Below are positions 49,901-64,000 of a stretch of DNA of 64,000 bases, one piece after another. The DNA lies in NCBI GenBank assembly GCA_040954595.2, contig CM082576.2, forward strand, positions 18,895,028-18,959,027, in the 5' to 3' direction. A program made the position numbers and the translations under genes. Under the pieces are notes generated by a model. That model ran no database searches, was not told the DNA's origin, and worked only from the letters and a program-made list of their open reading frames with translations. The first letter of the stretch is position 1, and each line of letters opens with the position of its first letter. Source of the stretch: Balanoglossus misakiensis. Taxonomy: Eukaryota; Animalia; Hemichordata.

Positions 49901-52900
49901 AAATCGACGAAATTTGAGATTTTGCAAAGTCGAAAATTTGTCATTTTTTGATGATTTTTACCCATGATTTTTTTTTTCAAAAATCGACCAAATTTTGAGA
50001 TTTTGCAAAGACGAAAATGTGTCATTTTTTGATGATTTTCACCCATGATTTTTTTTCAAAAATCTACGAAATTTTGAGATTTTGCAAAGTCGAAAATTTG
50101 TCATTTTTTGATGATTTTCACCCATGATTTTTCTCAAAAATCGACGAAATTTTGAGATTTTGCAAAGTCGAAAATTTGTCATTTTTTTATGATTTTCACC
50201 CATGTTTTTTTCAAAATTGAACGAACCCATGATTTTTTTCAAAAATCGACGAAATTTCGAGATTTTGCAAAGTAGAAAATTTGTCATTTTTTGATGATTT
50301 TCACCCATGATTTTTTTCAAAAATCGACGAAATTTTGAGATTTTGCAAAGTCGAAAATTTGTCATTTTTTGATTATTTTCACCCATGATTTTTTTCAAAA
50401 ATCGACAAAATTTTTAGATTTTGCAAAGTCGAAAATTTGTCATTTTTTGATGATTTTCACCATGATTTTTTTTTTTAAAATCGACGAAATTTTGAGATTT
50501 TGCAAAGTCGAAAATTTGTCATTTTTTGATGATTTTCACCCATGATTTTTTTCAAAAATCGACGAAATTTGAGATTTTGCAAAGTCGAAAATTTGTCATT
50601 TTTTGATGATTTTCACCCATGATTTTTTCAAAAATCGACGAAATTTTGAGATTTTGCAAATTCGAAAATTTGTACTTTTTTGATGATTTTCACCCATGTT
50701 TTTTTTTCAAAAATCAACGAACCCATGATTTTTTTTCAAAAATCGACAAAATTTTGAGATTTTGCAAAGTCGAAAATTTGTCATTTTTTGATGATTTTCA
50801 CCCATGATTTTTCTCAAAAATCGACGAAATTTTGAGATTTTGCAAAGTCGAAATTTGTCATTTTTTGATGATTTTCACCCATGATTTTTTTTCAAAAATC
50901 GACGAAATTTTGAGATTTTGCAAAGTCGAAAATTTGTAATTTTTTGATGATTTTCACCCATGTTTTTTTCAAAATTGAACGAACCCATGATTTTTTTCAA
51001 AAATCGACGAAATTTTTAGATTTTGCAAAGTCGAAAATTTGTCGTTTTTTGATGATTTTCACCCATGATTTTTTTCAAAAATCGACGAAATTTTGAGATT
51101 TTGCAAAGTCGAAAATTTGTCATTTTTTGATGATTTTCACCCATGATTTTTTTCAAAAATCGACGAAATTTTTAGATTTTGCAAAGTCGAAAATTTGTAA
51201 TTTTTTGATGATTTTTACCCATGATTTTTTTTTTCAAAAATCGACGAAACTTTGAGATTTTGCAAAGACGAAAATTTGTAATTTTTTGATGATTTTCACC
51301 CATGACTTTTTTTCAAAAATTTACGAAATTTTGAGATTTTGCAAAGTCGAAAATTTGTCATTTTTTGATGATTTTCACCCATGTTTTTTTTTTCAAAAAT
51401 CGACGAAATTTTGAGATTTTGCAAATTCGAAAATTTGTAATTTTTTGATGATTTTCACCCATGTTTTTTTTCAAAAATCAACGAACCCATGATTTTTTTT
51501 CAAAAAAGGACAAAATTTTGAGATTTTGCAAAGTCGAAAATTTGTCATTTTTTGATGATTTTCACCCATGATTTTTCTCAAAAATCGACGAAATTTTGAG
51601 ATTTTGGAAAGTCGAAAATTTGTCATTTTTTGATGATTTTCACCCATGATTTTTTTTCAAAAATCGACGAAATTTTGAGATTTTGCAAAGTCGAAAATTT
51701 GTCATTTATTAATGATTTTCACCCATGATTTTTCTCAAAAATCGACGAAATTTTGAGATTTTGGAAAGTCGAAAATTTGTCATTTTTTGATGATTTTCAC
51801 CCATGATTTTTTTTCAAAAATTGACGAAATTTTGATATTTTGCAAAGTCGAAAATTTGTCATTTATTAATGATTTTCACCCATGATTTTTTTTTCAAAAA
51901 TAGACAAAATTTTGAGATTTTGCAAAGTCGAAAATTTGTAATTTTTTGATGATTTTCACCCATGTTTTTTTCAAAATTGAACGAACCCATGATTTTTTTC
52001 AAAAATCGACGAAATTTTTAGATTTTGCAAAGTCGAAAATTTGTCATTTTTTGATGATTTTCACCCATGTTTTTTTTTTTCAAAAATCGACGAAATTTTG
52101 AGATTTTGCAAATTCGAAAATTTGTAATTTTTTGATGATTTTCACCCATGTTTTTTTTCAAAAATCAACGAACCCATGATTTTTTTTCAAAAGAGGACAA
52201 CATTTTGAGATTTTGCAAAGTCGAAAATTTGTCATTTTTTGATGATTTTCACCCATGATTTTTTTCAAAAATCGACGAAATTTTGAGATTTTGCAAAGTC
52301 GAAAATTTGTCATTTTTTGATGATTTTCACCCATGATTTTTTTTCAAAAATCGACGAAATTTTGAGATTTTGCAAAGTCGAAAATTTGTCATTTATTAAT
52401 GATTTTCACCCATGATTTTTTTTCAAAAATCGACAAAATTTTGAGATTTTGCAAAGTCGAAAATTTGTAATTTTTTGATGATTTTCACCCATGTTTTTTT
52501 TCAAAATTGAACGAACCCATGATTTTTTTCAAAAATCGACGAAATTTTGAGATTTTGCAAAGTCGAAAATTTGTCATTTTTTGATGATTTTCACCCATGA
52601 TTTTTTTCAAAAATCGACAAAATTTTTAGATTTTGCAAAGTCGAAAATTTGTCATTTTTTGATTATTTTCACCCATGATTTTTTTCAAAAATCGACAAAA
52701 CTTTTAGATTTTGCAAAGTCGAAAATTTGTCATTTTTTGATGATTTTCACCATGATTTTTTTTTAAAAATCGACGAAATTTTGAGATTTTGCAAAGACGA
52801 AAATTTGTCATTTTTTGATGATTTTCACCCATGTTTTTTTTCAAAAATCAACGAACCCATGATTTTTTTTCAAAAAAGGACAAAATTTTGAGATTTTGCA

Positions 52901-55900
52901 AAGTCGAAAATTTGTCATTTATTAATGATTTTCACCCATGATTTTTTTTCAAAAATCGACAAAATTTTGAGATTTTGCAATGTCGAAAATTTGTAATTTT
53001 TTGATGATTTTCACCCATGTTTTTTTTCAAAATTGAACGAACCCATGATTTTTTTCAAAAATCGACGAAATTTTGAGATTTTGCAAAGTCGAAAATTTGT
53101 CATTTTTTGATGATTTTCACCCAAGACTTTTTTTCAAAAATTTACGAAATTTTGAGATTTTGCAAAGTCGAAAATTTGTCATTTTTTGATGATTTTCACC
53201 CATGTTTTTTTTTTTCAAAAATCGACGAAATTTTGAGATTTTGCAAATTCGAAAATTTGTAATTTTTTGATGATTTTCACCCATGTTTTTTTTCAAAAAT
53301 CAACGAACCCATGATTTTTTTTCAAAAGAGGACAACATTTTGAGATTTTGCAAAGTCGAAAATTTGTCATTTTTTGATGATTTTCACCCATGATTTTTTT
53401 CAAAAATCGACGAAATTTTGAGATTTTGCAAAGTCGAAAATTTGTCATTTTTTGATGATTTTCACCCATGATTTTTTTTCAAAAATCGACGAAATTTTGA
53501 GATTTTGCAAAGTCGAAAATTTGTCATTTTTTAATGATTTTCACCCATGATTTTTTTTCAAAAATCGACAAAATTTTGAGATTTTGCAAAGTCGAAAATT
53601 TGTAATTTTTTGATGATTTTCACCCATGTTTTTTTTCAAAATTGAACAAACCCATGATTTTTTTCAAAAATCGACGAAATTTTGAGATTTTGCAAAGTCG
53701 AAAATTTGTCATTTTTTGATGATTTTCACCCAAGATTTTTTTCAAAAATCGACAAAATTTTTAGATTTTGCAAAGTCGAAAATTTGTCATTTTTTGATTA
53801 TTTTCACCCATGATTTTTTTCAAAAATCGACAAAACTTTTAGATTTTGCAAAGTCGAAAATTTGTCATTTTTTGATGATTTTCACCATGATTTTTTTTTA
53901 AAAATCGACGAAATTTTGAGATTTTGCAAAGACGAAAATTTGTCATTTGTTGATGATTTTCACCCATGTTTTTTTTCAAAAATCAACGAACCCATGATTT
54001 TTTTTCAAAAAAGGACAAAATTTTGAGATTTTGCAAAGTCGAAAATTTGTCATTTATTAATGATTTTCACCCATGATTTTTTTTTCAAAAATCGACAAAA
54101 TTTTGAGATTTTGCAAAGTCGAAAATTTGTAATTTTTTGATGATTTTCACCCATGTTTTTTTTCAAAATTGAACGAACCCATGATTTTTTTCAAAAATCG
54201 ACGAAATTTTGGGATTTTGCAAAGTCGAAAATTTGTCATTTTTTGATGATTTTCACCCATGATTTTTTTCAAAAATCGACAAAATTTTTAGATTTTGCAA
54301 AGTCGAAAATTTGTCATTTTTTGATTATTTTCACCCATGATTTTTTTCAAAAATCGACAAAATTTTTAGATTTTGCAAAGTCGAAAATTTGTCATTTTTT
54401 GATGATTTTCACCATGATTTTTTTTTTAAAAATCGACGAAATTTTGAGATTTTGCAAAGACGAAAATTTGTCATTTTTTGATGATTTTCACCCATGATTT
54501 TTTTTCAAAAATGTACGAAATTTTGAGATTTTGCAAAGTCGAAAATTTGTCGTTTTTTGATGATTTTCACCCATGATTTTTTCAAAAATCGACAAAATTT
54601 TGAGATTTTGCAAAGACGAAAATTTGTCATTTTTTGATGATTTTCACCCATGATTTTTTTCAAAAGTCGACGAAATTTTGAGATTTTGCAAAGACAAAAT
54701 TTTTTCATTTTTTGATGATTTTCACCCGTGATTTTTTTCAAAAATAGACAAAATTTTGAGATTTTGCAAAGTCGAAAATTTGTAATTTTTTGATGATTTT
54801 CACCCATGTTTTTTTTCAAAATTGAACGAACCCATGATTTTTTTCAAAAATCGACGAAATTTTGAGATTTTGCAAAGTCGAAAATTTGTCATTTTTTGAT
54901 GATTTTCACCCATGATTTTTTTCAAAAATCGACGAAATTTTGAGATTTTGCAAAGTCGAAAATTTGTCATTTTTTGATGATTTTCACCCATGATTTTTTT
55001 CAAAAATCGACAAAATTTTTAGATTTTGCAAAGTCGAAAATTTGTCATTTTTTGATTATTTTCACCCATGATTTTTTTCAAAAATCGACAAAACTTTTAG
55101 ATTTTGCAAAGTCGAAAATTTGTCATTTTTTGATGATTTTCACCCGTGATTTTTTTTTAAAAATCGACGAAATTTTGAGATTTTGCAAAGACGAAAATTT
55201 GTCATTTTTTGATGATTTTCACCCATGTTTTTTTTCAAAAATCAACGAACCCATGATTTTTTTTCAAAAAAGGACAAAATTTTGAGATTTTGCAAAGTCG
55301 AAAATTTGTCATTTATTAATGATTTTCACCCATGATTTTTTTTTCAAAAATCGATAAAATTTTGAGATTTTGCAAAGTCGAAAATTTGTAATTTTTTGAT
55401 GATTTTCACCCATGTTTTTTTTCAAAATTGAACGAACCCATGATTTTTTTCAAAAATCGACGAAATTTTGAGATTTTGCAAAGTCGAAAATTTGTCATTT
55501 TTTGATGATTTTCACCCATGATTTTTTTCAAAAATCGACAAAATTTTTAGATTTTGCAAAGTCGAAAATTTGTCATTTTTTGATGATTTTCACCCATGTT
55601 TTTTTTCAAAATTGAACAAACCCATGATTTTTTTCAAAAATCGACGAAATTTTGAGATTTTGCAAAGTCGAAAATTTGTCATTTTTTGATGATTTTCACC
55701 CATGATTTTTTTCAAAAATCGACAAAATTTTTAGATTTTGCAAAGTCGAAAATTTGTCATTTTTTGATTATTTTCACCCATGATTTTTTTCAAAAATCGA
55801 CAAAACTTTTAGATTTTGCAAAGTCGAAAATTTGTCATTTTTTGATGATTTTCACCATGATTTTTTTTTAAAAATCGACGAAATTTTGAGATTTTGCAAA

Positions 55901-58900
55901 GACGAAAATTTGTCATTTGTTGATGATTTTCACCCATGTTTTTTTTCAAAAATCAACGAACCCATGATTTTTTTTCAAAAAAGGACAAAATTTTGAGATT
56001 TTGCAAAGTCGAAAATTTGTCATTTATTAATGATTTTCACCCATGATTTTTTTTTCAAAAATCGACAAAATTTTGAGATTTTGCAAAGTCGAAAATTTGT
56101 AATTTTTTGATGATTTTCACCCATGTTTTTTTTCAAAATTGAACGAACCCATGATTTTTTTCAAAAATCGACGAAATTTTGAGATTTTGCAAAGTCGAAA
56201 ATTTGTCATTTTTTGATGATTTTCACCCATGATTTTTTTCAAAAATCGACAAAATTTTTAGATTTTGCAAAGTCGAAAATTTGTCATTTTTTGATTATTT
56301 TCACCCATGATTTTTTTCAAAAATCGACAAAATTTTTAGATTTTGCAAAGTCGAAAATTTGTCATTTTTTGATGATTTTCACCATGATTTTTTTTTTAAA
56401 AATCGACGAAATTTTGAGATTTTGCAAAGACGAAAATTTGTCATTTTTTGATGATTTTCACCCATGATTTTTTTTCAAAAATGTACGAAATTTTGAGATT
56501 TTGCAAAGTCGAAAATTTGTCGTTTTTTGATGATTTTCACCCATGATTTTTTCAAAAATCGACAAAATTTTGAGATTTTGCAAAGACGAAAATTTGTCAT
56601 TTTTTGATGATTTTCACCCATGATTTTTTTCAAAAGTCGACGAAATTTTGAGATTTTGCAAAGACAAAATTTTTTCATTTTTTGATGATTTTCACCCGTG
56701 ATTTTTTTCAAAAATAGACAAAATTTTGAGATTTTGCAAAGTCGAAAATTTGTAATTTTTTGATGATTTTCACCCATGTTTTTTTTCAAAATTGAACGAA
56801 CCCATGATTTTTTTCAAAAATCGACGAAATTTTGAGATTTTGCAAAGTCGAAAATTTGTCATTTTTTGATGATTTTCACCCATGATTTTTTTCAAAAATC
56901 GACGAAATTTTGAGATTTTGCAAAGTCGAAAATTTGTCATTTTTTGATGATTTTCACCCATGATTTTTTTCAAAAATCGACAAAATTTTTAGATTTTGCA
57001 AAGTCGAAAATTTGTCATTTTTTGATTATTTTCACCCATGATTTTTTTCAAAAATCGACAAAACTTTTAGATTTTGCAAAGTCGAAAATTTGTCATTTTT
57101 TGATGATTTTCACCCATGATTTTTTTCAAAAATCGACAAAATTTTTAGATTTTGCAAAGTCGAAAATTTGTCATTTTTTGATTATTTTCACCCATGATTT
57201 TTTTCAAAAATCGACAAAACTTTTAGATTTTGCAAAGTCGAAAATTTGTCATTTTTTGATGATTTTCACCCGTGATTTTTTTTTAAAAATCGACGAAATT
57301 TTGAGATTTTGCAAAGACGAAAATTTGTCATTTTTTGATGATTTTCACCCATGTTTTTTTTCAAAAATCAACGAACCCATGATTTTTTTTCAAAAAAGGA
57401 CAAAATTTTGAGATTTTGCAAAGTCGAAAATTTGTCATTTATTAATGATTTTCACCCATGATTTTTTTTTCAAAAATCGATAAAATTTTGAGATTTTGCA
57501 AAGTCGAAAATTTGTAATTTTTTGATGATTTTCACCCATGTTTTTTTTCAAAATTGAACGAACCCATGATTTTTTTCAAAAATCGACGAAATTTTGAGAT
57601 TTTGCAAAGTCGAAAATTTGTCATTTTTTGATGATTTTCACCCATGATTTTTTTCAAAAATCGACAAAATTTTTAGATTTTGCAAAGTCGAAAATTTGTC
57701 ATTTTTTGATGATTTTCACCCATGTTTTTTTTCAAAATTGAACAAACCCATGATTTTTTTCAAAAATCGACGAAATTTTGAGATTTTGCAAAGTCGAAAA
57801 TTTGTCATTTTTTGATGATTTTCACCCATGATTTTTTTCAAAAATCGACAAAATTTTTAGATTTTGCAAAGTCGAAAATTTGTCATTTTTTGATTATTTT
57901 CACCCATGATTTTTTTCAAAAATCGACAAAACTTTTAGATTTTGCAAAGTCGAAAATTTGTCATTTTTTGATGATTTTCACCATGATTTTTTTTTAAAAA
58001 TCGACGAAATTTTGAGATTTTGCAAAGACGAAAATTTGTCATTTGTTGATGATTTTCACCCATGTTTTTTTTCAAAAATCAACGAACCCATGATTTTTTT
58101 TCAAAAAAGGACAAAATTTTGAGATTTTGCAAAGTCGAAAATTTGTCATTTATTAATGATTTTCACCCATGATTTTTTTTTCAAAAATCGACAAAATTTT
58201 GAGATTTTGCAAAGTCGAAAATTTGTAATTTTTTGATGATTTTCACCCATGTTTTTTTTCAAAATTGAACGAACCCATGATTTTTTTCAAAAATCGACGA
58301 AATTTTGAGATTTTGCAAAGTCGAAAATTTGTCATTTTTTGATGATTTTCACCCATGATTTTTTTCAAAAATCGACAAAATTTTTAGATTTTGCAAAGTC
58401 GAAAATTTGTCATTTTTTGATTATTTTCACCCATGATTTTTTTCAAAAATCGACAAAACTTTTAGATTTTGCAAAGTCGAAAATTTGTCATTTTTTGATG
58501 ATTTTCACCATGATTTTTTTTTAAAAATCGACGAAATTTTGAGATTTTGCAAAGACGAAAATTTGTCATTTGTTGATGATTTTCACCCATGTTTTTTTTC
58601 AAAAATCAACGAACCCATGATTTTTTTTCAAAAAAGGACAAAATTTTGAGATTTTGCAAAGTCGAAAATTTGTCATTTATTAATGATTTTCACCCATGAT
58701 TTTTTTTTCAAAAATCGACAAAATTTTGAGATTTTGCAAAGTCGAAAATTTGTAATTTTTTGATGATTTTCACCCATGTTTTTTTTCAAAATTGAACGAA
58801 CCCATGATTTTTTTCAAAAATCGACGAAATTTTGAGATTTTGCAAAGTCGAAAATTTGTCATTTTTTGATGATTTTCACCCATGATTTTTTTCAAAAATC

Positions 58901-61900
58901 GACAAAATTTTTAGATTTTGCAAAGTCGAAAATTTGTCATTTTTTGATTATTTTCACCCATGTTTTTTTTCAAAAATCAACGAACCCATGATTTTTTTTC
59001 AAAAAAGGACAAAATTTTGAGATTTTGCAAAGTCGAAAATTTGTCATTTATTAATGATTTTCACCCATGATTTTTTTTTCAAAAATCGATACAATTTTGA
59101 GATTTTGCAAAGTCGAAAATTTGTAATTTTTTGATGATTTTCACCCATGTTTTTTTTCAAAATTGAACGAACCCATGATTTTTTTCAAAAATCGACGAAA
59201 TTTTGAGATTTTGCAAAGTCGAAAATTTGTCATTTTTTGATGATTTTCACCCATGATTTTTTTCAAAAATCGACAAAATTTTTAGATTTTGCAAAGTCGA
59301 AAATTTGTCATTTTTTGATGATTTTCACCCATGTTTTTTTTCAAAATTGAACAAACCCATGATTTTTTTCAAAAATCGACGAAATTTTGAGATTTTGCAA
59401 AGTCGAAAATTTGTCATTTTTTGATGATTTTCACCCATGATTTTTTTCAAAAATCGACAAAATTTTTAGATTTTGCAAAGTCGAAAATTTGTCATTTTTT
59501 GATTATTTTCACCCATGATTTTTTTCAAAAATCGACAAAACTTTTAGATTTTGCAAAGTCGAAAATTTGTCATTTTTTGATGATTTTCACCATGATTTTT
59601 TTTTAAAAATCGACGAAATTTTGAGATTTTGCAAAGACGAAAATTTGTCATTTGTTGATGATTTTCACCCATGTTTTTTTTCAAAAATCAACGAACCCAT
59701 GATTTTTTTTCAAAAAAGGACAAAATTTTGAGATTTTGCAAAGTCGAAAATTTGTCATTTATTAATGATTTTCACCCATGATTTTTTTTTCAAAAATCGA
59801 CAAAATTTTGAGATTTTGCAAAGTCGAAAATTTGTAATTTTTTGATGATTTTCACCCATGTTTTTTTTCAAAATTGAACGAACCCATGATTTTTTTCAAA
59901 AATCGACGAAATTTTGAGATTTTGCAAAGTCGAAAATTTGTCATTTTTTGATGATTTTCACCCATGATTTTTTTCAAAAATCGACAAAATTTTTAGATTT
60001 TGCAAAGTCGAAAATTTGTCATTTTTTGATTATTTTCACCCATGATTTTTTTCAAAAATCGACAAAATTTTTAGATTTTGCAAAGTCGAAAATTTGTCAT
60101 TTTTTGATGATTTTCACCATGATTTTTTTTTTAAAAATCGACGAAATTTTGAGATTTTGCAAAGACGAAAATTTGTCATTTTTTGATGATTTTCACCCAT
60201 GATTTTTTTTCAAAAATGTACGAAATTTTGAGATTTTGCAAAGTCGAAAATTTGTCGTTTTTTGATGATTTTCACCCATGATTTTTTCAAAAATCGACAA
60301 AATTTTGAGATTTTGCAAAGACGAAAATTTGTCATTTTTTGATGATTTTCACCCATGATTTTTTTCAAAAGTCGACGAAATTTTGAGATTTTGCAAAGAC
60401 AAAATTTTTTCATTTTTTGATGATTTTCACCCGTGATTTTTTTCAAAAATAGACAAAATTTTGAGATTTTGCAAAGTCGAAAATTTGTAATTTTTTGATG
60501 ATTTTCACCCATGTTTTTTTTCAAAATTGAACGAACCCATGATTTTTTTCAAAAATCGACGAAATTTTGAGATTTTGCAAAGTCGAAAATTTGTCATTTT
60601 TTGATGATTTTCACCCATGATTTTTTTCAAAAATCGACGAAATTTTGAGATTTTGCAAAGTCGAAAATTTGTCATTTTTTGATGATTTTCACCCATGATT
60701 TTTTTCAAAAATCGACAAAATTTTTAGATTTTGCAAAGTCGAAAATTTGTCATTTTTTGATTATTTTCACCCATGATTTTTTTCAAAAATCGACAAAACT
60801 TTTAGATTTTGCAAAGTCGAAAATTTGTCATTTTTTGATGATTTTCACCCGTGATTTTTTTTTAAAAATCGACGAAATTTTGAGATTTTGCAAAGACGAA
60901 AATTTGTCATTTTTTGATGATTTTCACCCATGTTTTTTTTCAAAAATCAACGAACCCATGATTTTTTTTCAAAAAAGGACAAAATTTTGAGATTTTGCAA
61001 AGTCGAAAATTTGTCATTTATTAATGATTTTCACCCATGATTTTTTTTTCAAAAATCGACAAAATTTTGAGATTTTGCAAAGTCGAAAATTTGTAATTTT
61101 TTGATGATTTTCACCCATGTTTTTTTTCAAAATTGAACGAACCCATGATTTTTTTCAAAAATCGACGAAATTTTGAGATTTTGCAAAGTCGAAAATTTGT
61201 CATTTTTTGATGATTTTCACCCATGATTTTTTTCAAAAATCGACAAAATTTTTAGATTTTGCAAAGTCGAAAATTTGTCATTTTTTGATGATTTTCACCC
61301 ATGTTTTTTTCCAAAAATCAACGAACCCATGATTTTTTTTCAAAAGAGGACAACATTTTGAGATTTTGCAAAGTCGAAAATTTGTCATTTTTTGATGATT
61401 TTCACCCATGATTTTTTTCAAAAATCGACGAAATTTTGAGATTTTGCAAAGTCGAAAATTTGTCATTTTTTGATGATTTTCACCCATGATTTTTTTTCAA
61501 AAATCGACGAAATTTTGAGATTTTGCAAAGTCGAAAATTTGTCATTTTTTAATGATTTTCACCCATGATTTTTTTTCAAAAATCGACAAAATTTTGAGAT
61601 TTTGCAAAGTCGAAAATTTGTAATTTTTTGATGATTTTCACCCATGTTTTTTTTCAAAATTGAACGAACCCATGATTTTTTTCAAAAATCGACGAAATTT
61701 TGAGATTTTGCAAAGTCGAAAATTTGTCATTTTTTGATGATTTTCACCCATGATTTTTTTCAAAAATCGACAAAATTTTTAGATTTTGCAAAGTCGAAAA
61801 TTTGTCATTTTTTGATTATTTTCACCCATGATTTTTTTCAAAAATCGACAAAACTTTTAGATTTTGCAAAGTCGAAAATTTGTCATTTTTTGATGATTTT

Positions 61901-64000
61901 CACCATGATTTTTTTTTAAAAATCGACGAAATTTTGAGATTTTGCAAAGACGAAAATTTGTCATTTTTTGATGATTTTCACCCATGTTTTTTTTCAAAAA
62001 TCAACGAACCCATGATTTTTTTTCAAAAAAGGACAAAATTTTGAGATTTTGCAAAGTCGAAAATTTGTCATTTTTTGATGATTTTCACCCATGATTTTTT
62101 TTCAAAAATCGACAAAATTTTGAGATTTTGCAAAGTCGAAAATTTGTCATTTTTTGATGATTTTCACCATGATTTTTTTTTTAAAAATCGAGGAAATTTT
62201 GAGATTTTGCAAAGACGAAAATTTGTCATTTTTTGATGATTTTCACCCATGATTTTTTTTCAAAAATGTACGAAATTTTGAGATTTTGCAAAGTCGAAAA
62301 TTTGTCGTTTTTTGATGATTTTCACCCATGATTTTTTTCAAAAATCGACAAAATTTTGAGATTTTGCAAAGACGAAAATTTGTCATTTTTTGATGATTTT
62401 CACCCATGATTTTTTTCAAAAATCGACGAAATTTTGAGATTTTGCAAAGTCGAAAATTTGTCATTTTTTGATGATTTTCACCCATGATTTTTTTTCAAAA
62501 ATCGACGAAATTTTGAGATTTTGCAAAGTCGAAAATTTGTCATTTTTTAATGATTTTCACCCATGATTTTTTTTCAAAAATCGACAAAATTTTGAGATTT
62601 TGCAAAGTCGAAAATTTGTAATTTTTTGATGATTTTCACCCTTGTTTTTTTTCAAAATTGAACGAACCCATGATTTTTTTCAAAAATCGACGAAATTTTG
62701 AGATTTTGCAAAGTCGAAAATTTGTCATTTTTTGATGATTTTCACCCATGATTTTTTTCAAAAATCGACAAAATTTTTAGATTTTGCAAATTCGAAAATT
62801 TGTCATTTTTTGATTATTTTCACCCATGATTTTTTTCAAAAATCGACAAAACTTTTAGATTTTGCAAAGTCGAAAATTTGTCATTTTTTGATGATTTTCA
62901 CCATGATTTTTTTTTAAAAATCGACGAAATTTTGAGATTTTGCAAAGACGAAAATTTGTCATATTTTGATGATTTTCACCCATGTTTTTTTTCAAAAATC
63001 AACGAACCCATGATTTTTTTTCAAAAAAGGACAAAATTTTGAGATTTTGCAAAGTCGAAAATTTGTCATTTATTAATGATTTTCACCCATGATTTTTTTT
63101 CAAAAATCGACAAAATTTTGAGATTTTGCAAAGTCGAAAATTTGTAATTTTTTGATGATTTTCACCCATGTTTTTTTTTCAAAATTGAACGAACCCATGA
63201 TTTTTTTCAAAAATCGACGAAATTTTGAGATTTTGCAAAGTCGAAAATTTGTCATTTTTTGATGATTTTCACCCATGATTTTTTTCAAAAATCGACAAAA
63301 TTTTTAGATTTTGCAAAGTCGAAAATTTGTCATTTTTTGATTATTTTCACCCATGATTTTTTTCAAAAATCGACAAAATTTTTAGATTTTGCAAAGTCGA
63401 AAATTTGTCATTTTTTGATGATTTTCACCATGATTTTTTTTTTAAAAATCGACGATATTTTGAGATTTTGCAAAGACGAAAATTTGTCATTTTTTGATGA
63501 TTTTCACCCATGATTTTTTTTCAAAAATGTACGAAATTTTGAGATTTTGCAAAGTCGAAAATTTGTCGTTTTTTGATGATTTTCACCCATGATTTTTTTC
63601 AAAAGTCGACGAAATTTTGAGATTTTGCAAAGACAAAATTTTTTCATTTTTTGATGATTTTCACCCGTGATTTTTTTCAAAAATCGACAAAATTTTGAGA
63701 TTTTGCAAAGTCGAAAATTTGACATTTTTTGATGATTTTCACCCATGTTTTTTTTCAAAAATCAACGAACCCATGATTTTTTTTCAAAAATCGACGAAAT
63801 TTAGAGATTTTGCAAAGTCGAAAATTTGTCATTTCTTAATGATTTTCACCCATGTTTTTTTTTCAAAAATCGACAAAATTTTGAGATTTTGCAAAGTCGA
63901 AAATTTGTAATTTTTTGATGATTTTCACCAATGTTTTTTTTAAAAATCAACGAACCCATGATTTTTTTCAAAAATTGACAACATTTTGAGATTTTGCAAA
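43987..64000 (+). repeat. 78-bp satellite, homogeneous single-orientation array (>20 kb, runs off the window)
   Basis: Consensus GATTTTGCAAAGTCGAAAATTTGTCATTTTTTGATGATTTTCACCCATGATTTTTTTCAAAAATCGACGAAATTTTGA (78 bp). Longer variants carry a duplicated ~29-bp ACCCATG...CGA subunit. Confidence 0.97.

Noticed and set aside
33600-64000. Many ORFs repeating MGENHQKMTNFRLCKISKFRRFLKKI
   Set aside because: Artefact of a 78-bp (26-codon) monomer; frames break constantly at variable homopolymers.

Overview
Repeat-dense animal (invertebrate-like) genomic DNA with no recognisable host gene. From left to right: (1) a 192/196-bp satellite array (1-4930); (2) SINE, MITE and duplicated segments; (3) a decayed Gmr1-type Ty3/Gypsy retrotransposon with a 5' LTR, tRNA-Pro PBS and gag-PR-INT-RT order, truncated in RT; (4) a nearly intact two-ORF LINE; (5) nested MITEs; (6) a 78-bp satellite filling most of 33.6-64 kb, with strand flips and a large palindromic island near 42.8 kb. 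The main discovery is a 5467-bp DNA transposon (15048-20514) inserted in the Gypsy pol frame. It has an exact 3-bp TSD (ACA) and bipartite CACT-spacer-box termini reminiscent of recombination signal sequences. It carries two convergent genes: a spliced ~890-aa RAG1/Transib/Chapaev-like DDE transposase, and a ~214-aa partner protein I cannot assign to a family. All calls come from reading the sequence by eye; no searches or alignments were run.
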